From NCBI RefSeq assembly GCF_009914755.1, contig NC_060932.1: DNA of 64,000 bases; one strand, given 5' to 3'. This document shows positions 60,524 to 64,000 of the stretch, one piece after another. Source of the DNA: the human T2T-CHM13v2.0 reference genome, Homo sapiens. Position 1 is the stretch's first letter; every line of letters starts with the position of its first letter. Both the position numbers and the translations under genes were made by a program. The notes under the pieces are model-generated. The model did no database searches, was not told the origin of the DNA, and worked only from the letters and a program-made list of their open reading frames with translations.

Positions 60524-63500
60524 TCACTCCAGGTCAGAATCGCTGTCCTCTGAGGAGGAGGAAACCTGAAGGTCCTCATAGAGGACGCTCGGTGGGACAC
60601 GAACACAGGGAGCCTCAGACTTCTCTGACACATGAGGGCTCTGAGCGAGGAAGGCTCCCGGCTTCTCAGGAGAGTGAAATGAGGGGGCCGCCAGGAGGCT
60701 GGAGCTCCAGCGTCCGTTTTCCAGTCTCCGGAAGAGCACTCTGAGAGGCTGGGCCCCATCATGGCTGGCCGCTGAGTGATGGGACATGGTGCAGGCCTGG
60801 GCAGTAGGCAGGCAAGGTGTGCTGTGCGGAGGCTGCCGGTCGACGCTGGGCACCTGGGCCGGTGTCCTCCTGCCCATCTGGGGCGACGTACTTGGTCCAA
60901 GTTCGGTTGCGGCTGGCGGAGGTTGGAGATTCTCCGGGGCCCCCAGCTCACCTCCCTGGATGGCGCTTTCGGGGACCTGGAAGGGACCCAGTCTCGGTTT
61001 CTTGGGGAAGTTCAGGCAAGCCTGAATCGGAGCCTGGGCAGGTCTCTTGGCTCCTGGCCCGAAGCTGAGATTGGAGCCTAGGCCCAAGCTGTGTGTGGCG
61101 GCTGGCGGGCAGGGCTGTGAGGTCACCGCAGGACGTTTGTCTTGTGCCTGGGGTCTGGCAGCCTGGGGCAGTCCGTGGGTTTTGGAGGCAGCCTGGGGAA
61201 CTTCTCGGCAGCCACCCTCGGGGCGGCTGTGTGTCGGCTTCACCACGAGGAGAGGCTCGCGGCCCTGGTGCCTGACTGCAGGCTGAGGCATGTCAGCCGC
61301 AGCCCCTGTCTGTCTTTCCTTTGATCCAAGACTTGAGGAGGAGCTCAGGCTGGCTTTTCTGAGGGGAGACAGTGAAGCCAAGACGGAGCCCCTGCCAGAC
61401 ATTGCGGTAGCTGAGCGATCAGCGAGGACAGGGTCCAAGCGCGGCCTCTTACTGGTTGTGTGGACCGGCATTGGCCCGCTTGCAACCTGAAAGAGAGGAA
61501 ACAACACAGGTTAGAAGTTCCTCAGCATGGAGCCAACGTGAAAATCAAGCACATCCAAAGACAAGGTGCACACGCCATGAAATTCTTAGTACAGTATCGA
61601 CAGGCGGTCCTTGGAAGTAGGGACAGACCCTCCACCTGAGTGCTGATCAGGACAAGACACATGAAAGATGCGCTCTCGAGCTATGTGTAGCTGATCTAAG
61701 CACACCATTGTTCAAAAGATCGCGTCTTGGGCATTAACTGGATCAAAGCGCCTCCACTCAGCCTTCCATGAAGTGGAACGGACTAATGCCCTTCCCAAGG
61801 CAGGTTGCTGGCTCAAGGGTACTCGGGACGTCTTCTCTGAACACATGCATGTTTCTGGGTTTCGCCTTCTCCACGTTTGGGGCCTCTGAGGGACTAATTT
61901 CCTCATGCCGCTAGGAACATGTTGTTGGCAGGCTTGCCATAATTGAACAGAAAGAAAGCAACAGGAAATACGGCATGTTCAGATGCCTTCGCCTGGAATC
62001 CAATTGACCTGGAAGGATCGTGGAGTCCCTGACCCCAAGAAGGCAAGAAAGAGGGGTTCCCCGATTTCCTCCCGCAGACGGGAAGCTGAAAGGAAATCAA
62101 CCAGGGTGACCTAGAGGAGAAAAAGACCAGGGGCCCGGGGTGACACTCGCCGTCAGATAATCAGAAGATTCCGTGGATCCTTTTCCATTCGGCAGCGGCT
62201 TCTCTGGAGGTTTCCCGGAAAACATGTGGAGGAGAGCCTTCCTCTGCGGGTCTTGTTGCCTGCAGAACAGAAGAAGGTCAGGCCGTGCCCCCTGGTTTTC
62301 CCCAGGAGACAGGGAGAACCCCGTCTGGGGCCCAGCCCCATTCCGTGTTTTGTGATACAGAAATGGACATCTGGTGCCCTTTCCGCCTCTGCACCTTCCC
62401 TCACGTGCCAACCTTCCCATCCTCCAGGTGGCCCTCTAGGCTTCCCAACTAAGGACTGTGATTTGGATTCCATCGCTTTTCCCCCTGTCGTGGGGAACCT
62501 GCACGAAGCGCCCCCGCCTCTCCCCGTCCCTGAATCTCCCAGAGCCCAAGGAGCTCCTGGGTGTGGAGCCCCGGAGGACACGGAGCTCCGGCCTATTTCT
62601 CTGCAGCGTTCCTTCCCTGGCCCGGAGACGGAAAGGCACACGGTGTGCAGGTGCAGAGACACCATGTCCTTAGGAGGCAGTACCCTAAGAGTGGTGAAAA
62701 CCCCTCCCACTGCTCACCTTGGTCTCTCTTCCTTCTCTCCCTTATCCTTGTTCAAGGGCCCCGGGTTGGCTTCACCCCGGGGCTTCCATGGTTTCAGGTT
62801 TTCCTTCCCTTCCTTTTTCCCCAAGGTCGCTGGAACCAGGGCTGCCTTCCAGCACTTCATGGGGCACCTGGTACTTCTGGCCGTGTGGCCAAAGGCCCCG
62901 CAGTTTTTGCACTTGAGCTGTGGGTGGAAAGGAAGTGATGTCAGTGAGTGAGCTGAAGCCACAGACAGCGATCCCACGTCAACATTGGGACGGATTGTGA
63001 ATTCAGAGCTGAATAAGGATTCCAAAGAGGGGACACCGGCATGGGGGCCGTTAAGTGCTGGGAGAGTTCGGATACGATGTTCCCTCGCAAAGCCCACGGG
63101 ACGGAGGAACTCTGAAAGGAAGGACTCAAGGTTCCAAGGGGCACGATGGTGAAGCCGATGTCAACAACGCAGCCAAACGTGGCTACACAGGACTCTAAGT
63201 AGAAAGGGAGGTTGCCCCCAAGAGTCTCTCAAGGGACCTATCGGGCCGGGGAGAAGGTCCCAAGCCACGCCTACCTTGGATGGGAAAAGCAACCTGGCTG
63301 GTGGTGACAGAACTCTTTGGAATCCAACCCAGTCTCTGAGGACCGTGTGACAGCCCCTCCCCCCGTCCCCACCCCCACCCCGATACCCAAGAGATCCAGG
63401 GCTAGACTTACCCTGGGATCTTCTTCATCGGGCGGGGGAGCCCTTGGCCCAACTGGGGCCCTCCGCTGCTTCTGGAGGGTCTGGGCTCTCACCAGTCTCT

Positions 63501-63534
63501 TGGCCCAAGATTTGGGGTCCCGACGTGCCATCAT
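60524..63534 (-). CDS. FAM90A: FAM90A copy 7 (divergent paralog), 464 aa. Exons 63534-63412, 62917-62718, 62259-62151, 61486-60524; weak GC donor
   Basis: Intact frame with 11 amino-acid differences from copy 2; last donor ACG|GCGAGT. Confidence 0.9.
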
Positions 63535-64000
63535 CTTCGTCTCCTGGGGGTTTTATGACCGCCTTTTTCAGGGGTGGACTGTTGGGCCACCTGAAACACA
63601 CACAAACACACACATGTCGATGGTTAAGCACGTTGGATATTCACACACCCACAGGAAGCCACCTGCTAACTCCCTGCCTGTGTGGTCATGAGGAGACCTC
63701 ACCACCAGTCGGTCAAATCTGTAGAACACAATGTGCTGTGTGCATCCTCGGATACTGTGTGTTCCTCTGCCATGACTACCTAGTCCAAGAGTAAACCCCA
63801 CCTGCCACAGGGCCCGTGGCCTAGGTATGGGGGGTTGAGCTTTCAACCCCAAACAAACAACTGATTCTGGAGACTGGACTTAGGTCTCTCACGATTCACT
63901 CCGGTAGAAGACACGGTGATTCTATCTCCCTTGACGGACAGAATGATCGAAGACACAGGGCATGGCGTGTGCCACCCTTTGGCAGGTCTGCTTGAAGTCA

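Larger units (their letters stand above)
11888..64000. repeat. FAM90A macrosatellite-like tandem array. Units 11888-19540, 19541-27191, 27192-34842, 34843-42493, 42494-50146, 50147-57800, 57801-64000 (partial)
   Basis: Homologous ORFs recur at offsets 7653, 7651, 7651, 7651, 7653 and 7654. Units are near-identical, and the length differences map to a T/TTG microsatellite inside the LTR. Confidence 0.98.

Noticed and set aside
11888-64000. CRISPR-like array or pure assembly duplication
   Set aside because: Units are 7.65 kb eukaryotic gene modules without spacers, and they carry distinguishing variants and mosaic haplotypes, although the exact copy number needs long-read support.

Overview
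Primate (very probably human 8p23.1, beta-defensin-flanking segmental duplication) genomic DNA, not prokaryotic. Bases 1-11.9 kb are mostly unique flank. It holds old ERV1 and MER2-type repeats, an orphan CpG-rich promoter-like patch, and an intact 4-coding-exon PRR23D gene (+, 279 aa when spliced). It also holds a decayed Glu/Pro-rich gene-like relic (-), a truncated MER4-type LTR and a 5'-truncated PRR23D pseudogene. From about 11888 to the window end is a head-to-tail array of ~7.65 kb units (six complete, a seventh partial). Each unit carries a solo HERV-K(HML-2) LTR5A with the same CTTGGA target-site duplication and an intact 464-codon FAM90A gene on the minus strand. The most interesting signals are five. 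(i) Perfect DUX4-type motifs plus PRD-class homeodomain sites lie next to TATA boxes at both PRR23D and every FAM90A promoter visible in the window, suggesting a zygotic-genome-activation gene cluster. (ii) FAM90A looks like a TAF1-type zinc knuckle tethered to an EAF/AFF/TAF7-like acidic C-terminal docking motif. (iii) A GT versus GC splice-donor dimorphism separates the copies. (iv) A 90-codon plus-strand ORF in every unit varies only at synonymous sites. (v) The copies are mosaics of gene-conversion or recombinant haplotypes. Family assignments are from recall; no database search was run.
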